A DNA stretch of 64,000 nucleotides from Candidatus Eiseniibacteriota bacterium (GTDB taxonomy: Bacteria; Eisenbacteria; RBG-16-71-46; JABDJR01), in the NCBI GenBank assembly GCA_963762255.1, contig CAVXKA010000002.1, positions 1,372,572 through 1,436,571 of the forward strand. Reading direction: 5' to 3'. The position numbers and the translations under genes were made by a program. The notes under the pieces are model-generated. The model ran no database searches and was not told where the DNA came from. It saw only the letters and a program-made list of their open reading frames with translations. Below, piece after piece: positions 43,386 through 55,750 of this stretch; within the stretch, counting starts at the first letter, position 1, and the number at the start of each line of letters is the position of its first letter.

Positions 43386-43535
43386 CCGTGTCTAACCTCC
43401 GGTGGCTCGCACGCGGGACGCGCAGGGGCCAGCGTGAAGGGAAAAATGCGGCCCAACACTGTAGCAGGAAACCGAGCGCGTCCGCAAGCCCGACGGCCAA
43501 ACCACCCACAGGTCCAGCCCGCTGGACCGGCAGCG

Positions 43536-44168
43536 CTACCCTCGTCCCTGAATCAGCCGTGCCACCCGCCCGCGCTCGGCCCGGATCATGGCCGCCACGT
43601 CGCGCACGGCGTCCTGGAGCACGTCGTTGATCACCACGAAGTCATAGTTGCGCCACTCGGCCAGCTCGCGCGACGCGTTGGCCAACCGCACCCGCATCTC
43701 GGCTTCGCTGTCGGCCGCGCGGCCGCGCAGCCGCGTCTCGAGGGCCGCCATCGAGGGAGGCGCCACCAGCACCAGCACCGACTCCGGCATGAGACGCTTC
43801 ACGGAGTGTCCGCCCTGCACGTCCACGTTCAGGATCGGGCACTTCCCCACCGCGAGCAACTCTTCGATGCGCGCGCGCGGGGTACCGTAGCGATGACCAT
43901 GCACCTCGGCCCACTCCAGAAAGTGGCCGTCCCGAACGCCCTCGTCGAAGCGCTCCTCCGACCAGAAGTAGTAGTCGACGCCCTCGTGCTCGCCGCCGCG
44001 CAGAGGACGCGTGGTGGCCGATACCGAACGCACCAGCGAGGGATCGCCGGCGAGAAGACCCTCGCAGATCACACTCTTCCCCACACCGCTCGGCCCCGAG
44101 ATCACGATCACGAAGGGCGGGGCGGGCGGAATGCCGAGATAGGAGACGGGTTCGTGGGTGCTCGCCAT
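43536..44168 (-). CDS. gmk: Guanylate kinase
   Basis: SGPSGVGKS, SATTRPLRGGE..GVDYYF, LEWAEVHG..YGT. Confidence 0.96.
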   Translation of the reverse strand: MASTHEPVSYLGIPPAPPFVIVISGPSGVGKSVICEGLLAGDPSLVRSVSATTRPLRGGEHEGVDYYFWSEERFDEGVRDGHFLEWAEVHGHRYGTPRARIEELLAVGKCPILNVDVQGGHSVKRLMPESVLVLVAPPSMAALETRLRGRAADSEAEMRVRLANASRELAEWRNYDFVVINDVLQDAVRDVAAMIRAERGRVARLIQGRG

Positions 44169-44177
44169 GGCGCTCGG

Positions 44178-45059
44178 CTACTCGATATTCTGAACTTGCT
44201 CGCGGACGATCTCGATCTCTTCCTTGAGCTGGATCGTATCGCGGGCGATGGACGCGTCGTTGGCCTTGGAGCCGATCGTGTTGGCCTCGCGGTTCATCTC
44301 CTGGGTGAGGAAGTTGAACTTGCGGCCGACGGGACCTCCTTCGCGAAGCAGCGCCTCGAACTGGTCGATGTGCGAACGCAGCCGCACGACCTCCTCGGTG
44401 CAGTCCATGCGATCCGCCTGGATCGCCGCTTCAATGAGGAGCCGGTCCTCGTCCACCTCGGCCTCGCCCTTCAGGATCTCGGCCACGCGCTGGCGCATCC
44501 GCTCCTTCGCCTCGCGTACCCGCTCGGGAGCGCGGGTCTCCACCGAGGCCACCGCCGCCCGCATGCGCTCGAGGCGCGCGCTGAACTCCTTGGCCAGGGA
44601 CTCGCCCTCGCCCTCGCGCATCGAGATCAAGCCCTTGACCGCGCGGTCCACGCCGTCGCGCAACAGTCCCCAGGCTTCCTCCGCGTCGAGATCGGGCTCG
44701 CTCCACGCGAACACGTCGGGGAGCGAAGTGATCTGACCGAGGGTGACCGGATCGCGGAACCCGAACCTGGCTCGCATTTCCTGCAGAATGTCCACGTAAC
44801 GCTGGGCGAGATCGAAGTTGACCGAGAGAATGCCGCCTTCCTCGCTCGCCCCTTTCCACGAGACGGTCAGGTTGATCTTGCCGCGGGAGAGCATCTCCTG
44901 AAGGTGGGAGCGGAGCTTGTCCTCATGAGGCTGCAGACCGCGGGGCAACCGCGAGGACACCTCGAGGAACCGGTGGTTCACCGAGCGCACCTCGGCCACC
45001 AGAACGCGGCCGTTGCGCTCGATTTCGGCGCGGCCGAAGCCGGTCATGCTGCGGATCAC
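44178..45059 (-). CDS. yicC: YicC family endoribonuclease
   Basis: IRSMTGFG, RSVNHRFLE, QEMNREANTIGSK, REQVQNIE. Confidence 0.94.
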   Translation of the reverse strand: MIRSMTGFGRAEIERNGRVLVAEVRSVNHRFLEVSSRLPRGLQPHEDKLRSHLQEMLSRGKINLTVSWKGASEEGGILSVNFDLAQRYVDILQEMRARFGFRDPVTLGQITSLPDVFAWSEPDLDAEEAWGLLRDGVDRAVKGLISMREGEGESLAKEFSARLERMRAAVASVETRAPERVREAKERMRQRVAEILKGEAEVDEDRLLIEAAIQADRMDCTEEVVRLRSHIDQFEALLREGGPVGRKFNFLTQEMNREANTIGSKANDASIARDTIQLKEEIEIVREQVQNIE

Positions 45060-45141
45060 GGGACCTCCTTGGCTGGTTGCCGAGAAGCTACGCGGCCCCG
45101 CCGATCCTGTCAAACGAGGGGTTTGCTAGACTCTGCCCGCC

Positions 45142-46893
45142 ATGAACAGCCTCGTCCTGCGCGCCGTGGTGGCGGAGCTTCACCCCTATCGCGGTCTTTG
45201 CGTCGAACGGATCGCCGTCGCCGATCCGTGGGAGTTCCACGTCGTGCTCGAGAAGGGGGTCACGCTGGTGGCCTGCGCGCACCCGGAGCACAACGCGCTC
45301 TTCCCCGCGCCGTCGGAGGCGGTCACCGCCGAGGGCTCGGCCGGGTTTGCGAACCCGCTGCACAAGTTCCTGGACGGCTGCCGTTTCGCGGGCGCGGTGC
45401 AGGCCGGGACTCGATCGGGTGGCCGCACTCGCCTTCGAGCGGCGCGATCGCCTCGGCGATGCCAAGCTCTGCCACATGGTATTGGAACTCACCGGCAAGG
45501 GCGGCAATCTCGTTCTGGTGGACGGCCCGGAGCCCTGGTCGGGCAAGATCCTCGATCGCCTGCGCGAAGAGCATTCGCATCGCTCCCCTCGACGGCTGGC
45601 GGCGGGTGAACGCTACGCGTTGCCGGCCGGACGGCGCGCCGACGCCGCGAAGGACGGCCCCGAGCGCCTCGCCGCCGCGCTCGACGAATCACTTCAAGCC
45701 AAGGGCACTTCCCCGCGCGCGCTCGTCGACGCGTGGACCGGCCTCGGACCGATCGCCGCGGAGGAGGTCTGGAGGCTCTCCGGTGCCTCGACGGATCCCG
45801 CGCATCTCGCGCAAGTCTGGCTCGCGTTCGCGCGCGACACCGAACCCGGCGGGCCGCGCTTTCGGCCCGCGACGATCGCGCCGGCCGACGGGCGCGCGGA
45901 AGCGTCCTGCTTCCGGCCGAGCGATGAGACGCTGCGGGCGCTGGGGCTCGAGATCCGGCACGAATATCCCACGGCGGCCGCGGCAGTGGCCGCGTCGCAC
46001 CGGGCATTCCGCAAGCGCGTCGAGGGTGAGACGCACACGCCGCTCATGCGTCCGGTGCGTCAGGCGGTGGAGCGCACCGAGCGCGCCATCGTCTCCCTCG
46101 ATCAGGACGTGAAGGATGCGGAGAACGCCGCGCTGTGGCGGCGCATGGGCGAGGCGATCCTCGCTTCCACGCAATCGCTCCCGAGGGGAACGACACAGGC
46201 GTCCGTTACCGACCACCACACCGGAGACGCGCTCACGGTGGATCTCGAGCCCGGGTTGAGCGCGAACGAGAACGCCGACCGCTTTTTTCAGCGCGCGCGC
46301 AAGGCGGACGCGGCCCAGGGTCAGCTTCCGCGTCGCCGTCGCGAACTCGAGAAGCGGCTCGAGGCGCTGGGCGCACTGGCACGCGATCTCGAGGCGGCCC
46401 CCGGCGGCGTGCCCGATCGGGAGTGGGTGGAGCGTGCAGGGAAGCTCGGCGTGAAACTCCCCGACGAGGAGATACCGGCCTTCGAGGATGCGCAGCCCGA
46501 GGAGAAAGTCGCTTCCGCGCTGCGCCCCCGGCGCTACGATCTGGGCGACGGGTGGGAAGTGCTGGTGGGCAAGAGCAACCGAGGCAACGAGGTGCTCACC
46601 CATGAAATCGCACGGCCGCAGGACACCTGGATGCACGCGGACCAGTCGCCGGGTTCCCACGTCGTGCTTCGCCACCACGAGAAGGACAGGGAGCCGCCGC
46701 GGGAATTGGTGCTCAGGGCGGCCGCGATCGCGGCTCACTTCTCGAAGGCCCGCACCTCGGGCAAGGTTTCGATCCTCGTGACTCTCAAGACGCATGCACC
46801 AAGCCGCGGCGCGCGCCGGTGGGCACGGTCACGGTGGGACAGCACAAGACGGTCATGGTTTCGCCCATGGATCCGGACAAGAGGAAGGGATGA
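45142..46893 (+). CDS. NFACT/RqcH (FbpA-like) ribosome quality-control factor, frameshifted
   Basis: LELTGKGGNLVLVD, NADRFFQRARK, LVGKSNRGNE.LT, WMHADQSPGSHVVL, AAHFSKAR; indels near 45410 and 46795. Confidence 0.85.
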
Positions 46894-48325
46894 GCATGAA
46901 GGCCCGCGCCCTCGGGTGCGCGTTGATGCTGGCCGCTGCGGCGGGCTGCGGAGGCGAGGGTCCGACCTTCAGTACGAACCGCCCCCCGGTGATCCGCGAC
47001 GTGGTGGCGGATCCGACGGCGGCGATCCTGGGCGGCCAGCTCGGCGACCCTGCTGCGCGTCGGATCCGAACGCCGACCCCGCTGACCGTGCAGTGGCGCG
47101 CAACGGCGACCTTGAACCATCCCACCGCGGTCTCGGCGAGATCGTCGACAGCCCCCGAGACGCCGGGCGATTATTTCCTGGTCGTCACGGTAGCCGACGA
47201 GGAATTCGCCAGTATCCAGTAAGTCTCCTGGTACGGTGGAGGCGCACAGCTCGCTCGTCGTGCTCTCCGAGCCACCTGGCGCGAGTCATCGAACTCGACG
47301 GGCAGCCGCTCGGGGCGCGCACGCCGCATCGTTTCCCGTTGCTGGCGGTGGGGTTTCACACGGTCAAGCTGACCAATCCGTTCTATGCTTACGAACGCGC
47401 CAAGCGATCTCGGTCGATCTCGTGCACGGGCGCCGAGGACAGCATCGCTTGAGACCCCTTCCGTAGCGACCTGATCCTAAGCCTCGGACGCACGGATCTT
47501 CTGGAGATCGGCGGCATCGCGTTTTCTCCAGGAGACCGGGGTCATCTACACGGGTCGCACCGCGTCGGGCACGGGGCTCTTCAATTCCACCCTGAGCCCG
47601 GTTCCCAAGCCCGGCAACGGCGCGCAGCTCATCGCCGACGTGCGGCTGAACGAGCCGCCAGCAGTACTCTCCCGACGGTACGCGCATCGTGTTTGTGCTC
47701 GAACGGCAATCTCGGGGTCGCACGCGTCCGCGACGACCAGGGCGACGGGATTCTGGACGAGGTCGCCGACATCCGGCTCCTCGATCTGAACTCACACTCG
47801 ACCCGCGATCTCCTCGGACGGCCGCATCGCGTACCAGTGCGCCGTCGGACGAACTTGCGGCAGCGCCCATCTTCTGGAGCACCTTCCAGGACACCGTGCT
47901 CTCGGGGATTCGTCTGGCCACCACGACCGTCGGAAAGACTCCGACCTGGGAGCCCGGCTCCGATCGTCTTGCCTACGCGCGCGACGGCCTCCTCCTGGTC
48001 ACGTCGGTGGACGAGTCGGCGCTCTCGGCGTCGGACACGCTGGTGGCGGAAGGCTACGCCGCAGCGCCGGCCTGGGGGCCGTGGGGGCCCGAGCACGTGG
48101 CGTTCCTCTGGGCGAGTCTGAGGATCAACTCCACCAGGTCCGCCTGGCGGCGGTCGGTACGCGTCCACCGTCACGCTGGTGGAAGGTCTCGAGGATCCAC
48201 GGTTCCTCGCGTGGAGCCCGACGCAAGTTCACGATCGCCGTCACCCGCCATCGCGCCGGGCGCGGCGAGGTGCTCCTCATCTCGGGGCTGCCGATCCCCT
48301 CGCGTACGCGTCCGCGTTCCGGTAG
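46890..48325 (+). CDS. Lipoprotein with Ig-like/PEGA-like and TolB-like propeller segments, multiply frameshifted
   Basis: MKARALGCALMLAAAAGC lipobox, NRPPVI, PQYSPDGTRIVF, PTWEPGSDRLAY, PAWGP fragments in shifting frames. Confidence 0.55.
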
Positions 48326-49303
48326 CTCAGATACTCCTGGACGTCCTCGACACTCCCCGATCACGAGCGGGATGCGTTGGTGGAGTTCGACCGGCTCGAC
48401 ATCCATGATGCGCCCGGCCGTCCAGCGCCCTGCCGCCGGCCTGCTCCACGATGAAGCGATCGGCGCGGCCTGGTAGAGGACGGCGGCTTCCCTCGGCACT
48501 TTGCGGTCGGCGGGATCAGGAAGATGCCGCCGTAGAGGAGCGTTCGGTGGAAGTCGGAGACGAGGGTACCGATGTAGCGCGAGGAGTAGGATGCCGCTCC
48601 CTCGTCTCCTCGGTCCGCCGTTTGAGGTGGTCGAAGCGGTGTGGTCGCTTGCCCAGAGGGCAAGTTCCCCTCGTTGATGGAGTAGATCGTCCCCTTCCGG
48701 GGAATGCGGATGTTCTCGTGGGACAGCAGGAACTCCCCCACCGAGGTCCGAGGTGAAGCCGTGCACCCCCTGCCCGGTGGTGTAGACGAACATCGTGCTC
48801 GACCCGTACATCACGTAGCCGGCGCAGACCTGCCGGACGCCGGGCTGCATGCAGTCCCGCTCGTCCCCGTGACCGTCGCCGGGGGTGACGCGGTGCAGAA
48901 TCGAGAAGATCGTGCCGATCGACACGTTGGCATCGATGTTCGACGACCCGTCCAGCGGATCGAAGTTCAGGACGTACTTCCCGCGGGGGTGCCTGTCGGG
49001 GATGTGCAGGATGGCCTCGTTCTCCTCGGAAGCCATCACGCAGAGATGGCCGGTGTGGTCGAGGGCATTGAAGATGGTGAGGTCGGCGAAGACGTCGAGC
49101 TTCATCTGCTCCTCGCCCTGCACGTTGGTCTCGCCCGCCTTGCCCAGGATGTTGACCAGCCCGGCCTTGTTGACCTCCCGCTGGATGATCTTGGCGGCGA
49201 GGATGATCTCGGTGAGGAGATCCGAGAATTCGCCGGTGGCGGCTGGATAGCGCCGCTCCTGCTCCATGATGTGGCGGGAAACGGTGACGACCTTGTGCAC
49301 CAT
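48277..49303 (-). CDS. fbp: Class 1 fructose-1,6-bisphosphatase, 3' half frameshifted
   Basis: NVQGEEQMKLD, ASEE, FDPLDGSSNID.NVSIGTIF, YSINEGN, RYIGTLVSDFHRTLLYGGIF. Confidence 0.9.
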
Positions 49304-49375
49304 GGTCGGATCCTCCGGCGCCGCCCCCCCCGGCCGTGGGGAGGCGGCGCCATCATCAGAAATGCCCCTGCGAAC

Positions 49376-50700
49376 CTAGGGAGTCATCCCCTTCAGCACG
49401 GCGTGGATGATCTCCATCGCCTTGTCGATCTCCTTGTCGGTGACGGTCAGCGACGGCCGGAACCGCACCGACTGGGTGCCGCAGGCCAGCACGATCATCT
49501 TGCGGTCGTAGCAGGCGTCGAGGAACTTCTCCCGCACCTCCGCCGACGGCAGGTCGAACGCGCACATCAGCCCGCGCCCGCGCGGCTGGGAGATGAACTT
49601 CGGGAAGTCGCGGGCCATCTGCTCCAGGCGGTCCAGCAGGTAGAGGCCGCGCAGCCGGGCGTTCTCCAGCAGGTTCTCCTCCTCGATGATCTCGAGGTAG
49701 AGCTGGCAGCGGACCATGTCGATGAGGTTGCCGCCCCAGGTGGAGTTGATGCGGCTGCGGACGTTGAAGACGTGCTGTCGATCTCGTCGACCCGCGGGCC
49801 GGCGAGGATCCCGCAGACCTGGGTCTTCTTGCCGAAGGAGAGGACGTCCGGCTTGACGCCGAGCTGCTCGTGCGCCCAGAACGTGCCGGTGAGCCCCACG
49901 CCGGTCTGCACCTCGTCGAAGATGAGCAGGAACTCGCGCTCGTCGGCCAGCCGGCGCAGCTCGCGCAGGAACTCGGCGCGGAAGTGGTTGTCGCCCCCCT
50001 CGCCCTGGATCGGCTCGATGATGCAGGCCGCGATGTCGTCACCGAACTTCTCCACCGCCTGCTCGATCTCCGCCACCGCGTGCTGCTCGGCCTGATGGTG
50101 GCCTCGAGGTTCTCCCCCTCCAGGGGGAATCGGGCCGTCGGGTGGCTGATGCGCGGCCACTCGAATTTCGGGAAGTACATCGTCTTCCGCGGATCGGCGG
50201 AGTTGGTCAGCGACAGCGTGTAGCCGGTCCGCCCGTGGAACGCGCTGCGGAAGTGGATGACCTGGTGCCCACGTCCGCCGCGTACCCCTGGCCAGGTTCT
50301 TGCGCACCTTCCAGTCGAAGGCGGCCTTGAGGGCGTTCTCCACCCCAGCGCCCCGCCGGCGATCCAGAACACGTGGGGCAGACTCCGGCCGGCTGGGCCA
50401 GCCGCCGGAAGGTGTCCACGAAGTCGGCCATCACCGTGTTGTAGAAGTCGGAGAGGGACGGGTTGTGGATGGCCACCTCGCCCATGAAGCGCTTGAACTC
50501 GGGCTTGTTGATCTTCGGGTGGTTGTGGCCGACCGGGTTGGTGGCGAAGTAGGAGAAGAAATCCAGGTATTCGGCGCCGTCCCGGGCGTCCACGATCATG
50601 GAGCCGTGGCTCTTTCTGCAGGTCCACCACCAGCGGGTAGCCGTCCACAAGCATCGACTTCTGCAGCGTGTCGAAAGACGTCGTTGGTCTTGATCGTCAT
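49376..50700 (-). CDS. lat: L-lysine 6-aminotransferase (class III), frameshifted
   Basis: MLVDGYPLVVDL, YLDFFSYFA, ENALKAAFDWK, AFHGRTGYTLSLTN, IIEPIQGEGGD, FDEVQTG, FGKKTQVCG. Confidence 0.85.
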
Positions 50701-51059
50701 TGGAGAGTCCTTTCCCTGCCGGATGACGCCGCGCGGAACGCCCGGAGGGCCGGCGGCACGCGTGAACAGTATCAAGGCGGAGTGAACACCGGGTGCGCGG
50801 AAGCGCCGGCGCGGTGATCGGCAGCGGCGGGGATTATCCCCAGCCGCGGAAAGCGCAGAGCCGGAAGGAAAGGTGCGGCTTGAGCTGGCTGAAGCAGACG
50901 ACTGGCTTGGTCAATCGCTGACAGGACCGGAAAAGTTGACCAATGGTAGCAGGAAGCGGGATGTCGGATCCTCCCCTCCGGTATCGGCAGGCATCACTGC
51001 AACCTTTTGCGGGATGGGAGATTAGACCGTGATGGCCGGGGGTTTTTTTCGGGGGCGCG

Positions 51060-51509
51060 ACGTTGACCGATAGTTGCGAATTTTCAGCTCCACCTCGAGG
51101 TCCATGCCCTTCAATAGATGGATCACTTCCTGAAGGTCGTCGCGCTTGGGGCCGGTCACGCCGGACTGGCCGCAGGCTCCAGGCCGCCGGAGGGCCTTGC
51201 GGCCGGAATTCACGGGCTGCCCGAGAGGGCTGCTTATGCTACCATTGCCTGCCCCCCGCCGTCTGATCTCAAGGTTCGACGTTGCCGAGGTAACGGTTGG
51301 ACCGGATTGGCTTCCTGGAGTCATCCAATAGCGGCGCTGAAAAGGTCCGCGCCGATATCGATGGGGCGGCCCGCGCGAACTCGAGCGAGAACTTCACTGC
51401 CTTGAAATCGTAGCGGGTGGTGAGTTCCTGTGAGCGTCTGGTTGACCGCGTTGTGGATCTCCTGCAGATCGACCCCCGTGGTGACGTCGAATGATTCCTT
51501 GGATGCCAT
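51060..51509 (-). CDS. yajQ: YajQ family nucleotide-binding protein, frameshifted
   Basis: SFDVTTGVDLQEIHNAVNQ, TRYDFK, VTGPKRDDLQEVI...NYR. Confidence 0.8.
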
Positions 51510-51569
51510 GGGCCGACGCTACGCCAGGCGGCGTTGATCCGCCGCGTTCCATCGGATACGCTGCGGGCC

Positions 51570-53077
51570 ATGATCCCCCCCCCTTCCGCAAGGTTCTCGT
51601 GGCCAATCGCGGGGAGATCGCCGTCCGGGTGATGCGCGCCCTGCGCGAACTGGGATCTCCTCGGTGGCGGTCTACTCCGAGACCGACCGCGAGCGCCGTC
51701 CACGTGCGCATCGCCGACGAGGCGTCCGCCTTGGGCCCCGCCCCCTCCCGCGACTCCTACTTGAACCAGGAGCGGATCCTGGCCGCCGCGGCCGCACGGC
51801 GCCGACGCCATCCATCCCGGCTACGGGTTCTTGTCCGAGAACGCCTCCTTCGCGCGGCCTGCCGGGAGCGCGGCATCACCTTCATCGGCCCGCCCCCGGA
51901 GGCGATCGAGCTCATGGGGAACAAGATCGCCGCCCGCGCCGCGGGCCGGCGGGCCGGCGCGCCGGTCGTGCCGGGGAGCACGGTCCGGTGGGCGACAGGC
52001 GGCGGCCTGAGAGCCGCGGCCGACATCGGCTACCCGGTGCATGCTGAAGGCGGCGGCCGGCGGCGGCGGCAAGGGGATGCGGATGCCCGCGACGAGGCCG
52101 AGCAGGACTCCTGCCGGCCTTTCCCTCGGCCCGCGGCGAGGCCGCCACGGCCTTCGGACGACGACCAGGTCTACCTCGAAAAGTTCATCGAGCGCCCGCG
52201 GCACATCGAAATCCAGGTGCTGTTCGACGGCCACGGCCACGGCGTGCACCTTGGCGAGCGGGAGTGCACCATCCAGCGGCGCCACCAGAAGGTGATCGAG
52301 GAGGCGCCGTCGCGCGGTCGATACCGCCCGGCGCCGCTCGGACATGGGCGCAGGCGGCGGTGGCGCTCGCGCGGGCGGTCGGCTACGTCAACGCCGGCAC
52401 GGTGGAGTTCATCTACGCCCCCGACGGCGCCTTGTACTTCCTGGAGATGAACACCCGGCTCCAGGTGGAGCATCCGGTCACCGAGCTGGTCTACGACGTG
52501 GACCTGGTCAAGGAGCAGATCCGACGTCGCCGGCGGGGCGGCTCCGGCTGGAGCAGGAGGAGATCGTGCCCACGGGCTGGGCCATCGAGTGCCGGATCTA
52601 CGCCGAGGATCCGTACAACGGCTTCTTCCCCTCGCAGGGACGCATCATCCGGCTGCGGCTGCCGTCGGGTCCCGGGGTGCGTCACGACGGCTGCCTTTTC
52701 CACGGCTACGTGGTTGCCGATACTACGACCCGATGCTGGCCAAGCTGATCGTGCGCGGCAAGGACCGGGAGGAGGCGCGGGTCTGCATGCTGCGCGCGCT
52801 GCGGGAGACCTGATCGACGGCATCCGCACGACCATTCCCTTCCACCGCTGGCTCCTGCAGCGGCCGGAGTTCATTCCGCCGACATCGACACCGGCACCAT
52901 CGACCACCTCTTCCCGGGGTCGACGGTCGACGGATCCGGCAGCCGAGCGGTGGCCGTCATCGCCGCGGTGATGCCACGCCCATCGAAGAGCAGCGGGTGC
53001 GGCCGCGCGGCGGCCGGCGGCGACCGGTGAACCCGTGGCGGTTCATGGGCCGCGGCGCCACGAACCGAGGCCGCTGA
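51570..53077 (+). CDS. Biotin carboxylase (acetyl/propionyl-CoA carboxylase), frameshifted
   Basis: [76 protein letters not shown]. Confidence 0.88.
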
Positions 53078-53598
53078 TGTCGACGCGCTACATCGTGCAC
53101 CGGGTGACCGGCAGCAGACGGTGACCATCACCGAGTCGGGGAACGGATACCGCGTGGAAATCGACGGCGAGGCGATCGAGGTCGACAGCCTCTCGGTTCC
53201 GGGAAGCCCGAACGCGCTCACTGCTCATCGACGGGCGCTCGTTCGAGGCGGCCACGATGCCCTCGCGCGACGGCCTCGACGTGTACATCTCCGGCGACGT
53301 GTTCTACGTGCGCGTGACCGACGAGGTGTGGGCGCGCGCCGAGAGCGCCGCACACGGCGTGGTTTCAGGGGAAGAAGTAGCCTCCCCCATGCCCGGCTCG
53401 GTGGTGCGGATCTCCGTCGAACTCGGCCAGATCGTGGAAGCGGGTGAGACTGTGGCGGTGGTCGAGGCGATGAAGATGCAGAACGATCTCGCCGCCGCAC
53501 GCGGCGGGAAGGTCGAGCAGATCCGGGTGAAGGCCGGCGACATCGTCGAGCAGGGCGCGGTGCTGGTCGTGCTCGGCACCGCCGTGGCGGAGACATGA
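53077..53598 (+). CDS. Biotin carboxyl carrier subunit, frameshifted
   Basis: [15 protein letters not shown] biotinylation motif. Confidence 0.85.
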
Positions 53599-55157
53599 TG
53601 CTGCGCGGAGATTCCGAGAAGGGCCACTTCGGTCCCGAGGATCTTCCCGCCTTCGATCCTGCGCGCGATCTGGGCGAGCCTGGCAAACCGCCGTTCACGC
53701 GCGGCGTGCACCCCACCATGTACCGCGGCCGCGTGTGGACCATGCGGCAGTACGCCGGCTTCGGCGACGCCGCCGAGACCAATCGCCGGTTCAAGTACCT
53801 GCTCGAGAACGGACAGACCGGGCTCTCGGTGGCCTTCGATCTCCCCACGCAGATGGGCTACGACTCCGATCACCCGATGGCGGCGGGCGAGGTAGGCAAG
53901 GTCGGGGTGGCGATCGACACGCTGGACGACATGCGCCTCTTGCTCGACGGCATCCCGCTCGACCGCGTCTCCACCTCGATGACCATCAACGCCACCGCGG
54001 CGATCCTCCTGGCGATGTACCTCGTGGTGGCGGAAGAGCAGGGAGTGCCGTGGGGCAAGGTGTCTGGGACGGTGCAGAACGACTTGTTGAAGGAGTACGT
54101 GGCGCGCGGCACCTATATCTTCCCGGTGCGCCCGTCGCTGCGGCTCACCACCGACCTCTTCGCCTTCTGCACGGAGCGGGTGCCGGATTGGAACACGATC
54201 TCGATCTCGGGCTACCACATCCGCGAGGCGGGCTCGACCGCGGCGCAGGAGCTGGCGTTCACGCTCGCCAACGCGCGGGTGTACGTGCAGGAGGCGGTGG
54301 CGCGCGGGCTGCGGGTGGACGATTTCGCGCCGAGGCTCTCGTTCTTCTTCAACGCGCACTCGAACCTGCTGGAAGAAGTGGCCAAGTTCCGGGCGGCGCG
54401 CCGGCTCTGGTACCGAATCATGACCGAGGAGTTCGGGGCGAAGAATCCACGCAGCGCCATGCTGCGGTTCCACGCGCAGACCGCGGGGTCGTCGCTGACG
54501 GCACAGCAGGTGGAGAACAACGTCGTGCGTACGGCGCTGGAGGCCCTGGCCGCGGTGTTGGGCGGGGCGCAATCGATCCATACGAACAGCATGGACGAGG
54601 CGCTGAGCCTGCCCACCGAGGCTTCCGTGCGGGTGGCGCTGCGCACGCAGCAGATCCTGGCCGAGGAATCAGGGGTGACGGCGGCAGCGGATCCGCTGGG
54701 CGGAGCGTACTACGTGGAGTCGTTGACGAACGATCTCGAGTGCGCGGCGCTGGAGTACTTCGCCGAGATCGAGCACCGGGGCGGCATGGTGGCGTGCATC
54801 GAGGCGGGATGGGTGCAGAAGGAGATCCACGAGTCGGCGTACCGGTTCCAGCGAGCGGTGGAGGCCGGCGAGCGGATCGTGGTCGGGGTGAACAAGTATC
54901 AGATCGAGGAGCCTGCGCCGGCGGTCTTCAAGGCGAATCCCGCGTTGGAGCCCGCACAGAAGGAGCGTCTTGCGGCGGTGCGAGCGTCACGGGACTGTGG
55001 CGCGGCGTCGCGCGCCCTGGCCATGCTGGAAGACGTGGCGCGCGGAGAGGGAAACCTGGTGCCGCCGATCGTTGAGGCCGTGCGGGCCCGGGCGAGCGTG
55101 GGAGAGATCTCGGACGTCTTGCGGCGCGTGTTCGGGACGTTCGACCAGCACGCGTGA
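53595..55157 (+). CDS. Methylmalonyl-CoA mutase substrate-binding subunit (split type, no B12 domain)
   Basis: [15 protein letters not shown] (Tyr, MCM-type), [34 protein letters not shown]. Confidence 0.92.
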   Translation: MMLRGDSEKGHFGPEDLPAFDPARDLGEPGKPPFTRGVHPTMYRGRVWTMRQYAGFGDAAETNRRFKYLLENGQTGLSVAFDLPTQMGYDSDHPMAAGEVGKVGVAIDTLDDMRLLLDGIPLDRVSTSMTINATAAILLAMYLVVAEEQGVPWGKVSGTVQNDLLKEYVARGTYIFPVRPSLRLTTDLFAFCTERVPDWNTISISGYHIREAGSTAAQELAFTLANARVYVQEAVARGLRVDDFAPRLSFFFNAHSNLLEEVAKFRAARRLWYRIMTEEFGAKNPRSAMLRFHAQTAGSSLTAQQVENNVVRTALEALAAVLGGAQSIHTNSMDEALSLPTEASVRVALRTQQILAEESGVTAAADPLGGAYYVESLTNDLECAALEYFAEIEHRGGMVACIEAGWVQKEIHESAYRFQRAVEAGERIVVGVNKYQIEEPAPAVFKANPALEPAQKERLAAVRASRDCGAASRALAMLEDVARGEGNLVPPIVEAVRARASVGEISDVLRRVFGTFDQHA

Positions 55158-55285
55158 GTGCCGCAAAGGCGGCCCACAGTTTTCGAGTAGGCACAATCGT
55201 CTCCCGTGGGCTGTCGTAGCTTCCACGTCAGTCCGGGTGGCCGTATATGTGTTTGAAATCAATGGGTTTCGGGGGTCGCTGTCTT

Positions 55286-55386
55286 GGCTGAAATCGTCCC
55301 CAGGCGACGTTTGTGCCCACTCGAAGGGCGGTTTTCGAGTGGATATGAAGTGTGCGTCTCCCCCCCTCGGCTAGCGGGGCTGCGCC
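55286..55386. repeat. ~100 bp element copy 1 with palindromic core
   Basis: Aligns with 63347..63446; core CCACTCGAA-GGGCGGTT-TTCGAGTGG (55317-55342). Confidence 0.85.
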
Positions 55387-55750
55387 GCGGCCACACCGTC
55401 GAGAGGGGCGCGGTGAGCAGTCCAGATCCGTGGGCAGGAATGGAGGGCACAAACATGCACGTCCCTATCCTTGGCTGTGGGCGAATCGGCGCAGGCTGAG
55501 CCAGTGCGAATGCTTTCGCGATCGCCCGATAGTTGGGAAGGAGCGGACCGCCAAGGGCGGCTGCGCCGACGACGTGTTCCTGCCCGACGCGCTGGGGCAT
55601 CAGTCGCCCACGAGTCAACATGACGAGATACGCGGCCAGGAGCGAACGTCAGGCGGAGACTCTCGCTGTAGAATCTGACAGAATCACGGACACTTCTCAT
55701 TCCTCACTGCGAAGTGATTCCGTGCACGGAGAACGGGGAGGGTCTTGCGG

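Noticed and set aside
50701-51050. Lysine riboswitch or other ncRNA upstream of lat
   Set aside because: No recognisable consensus, and the region is error-prone
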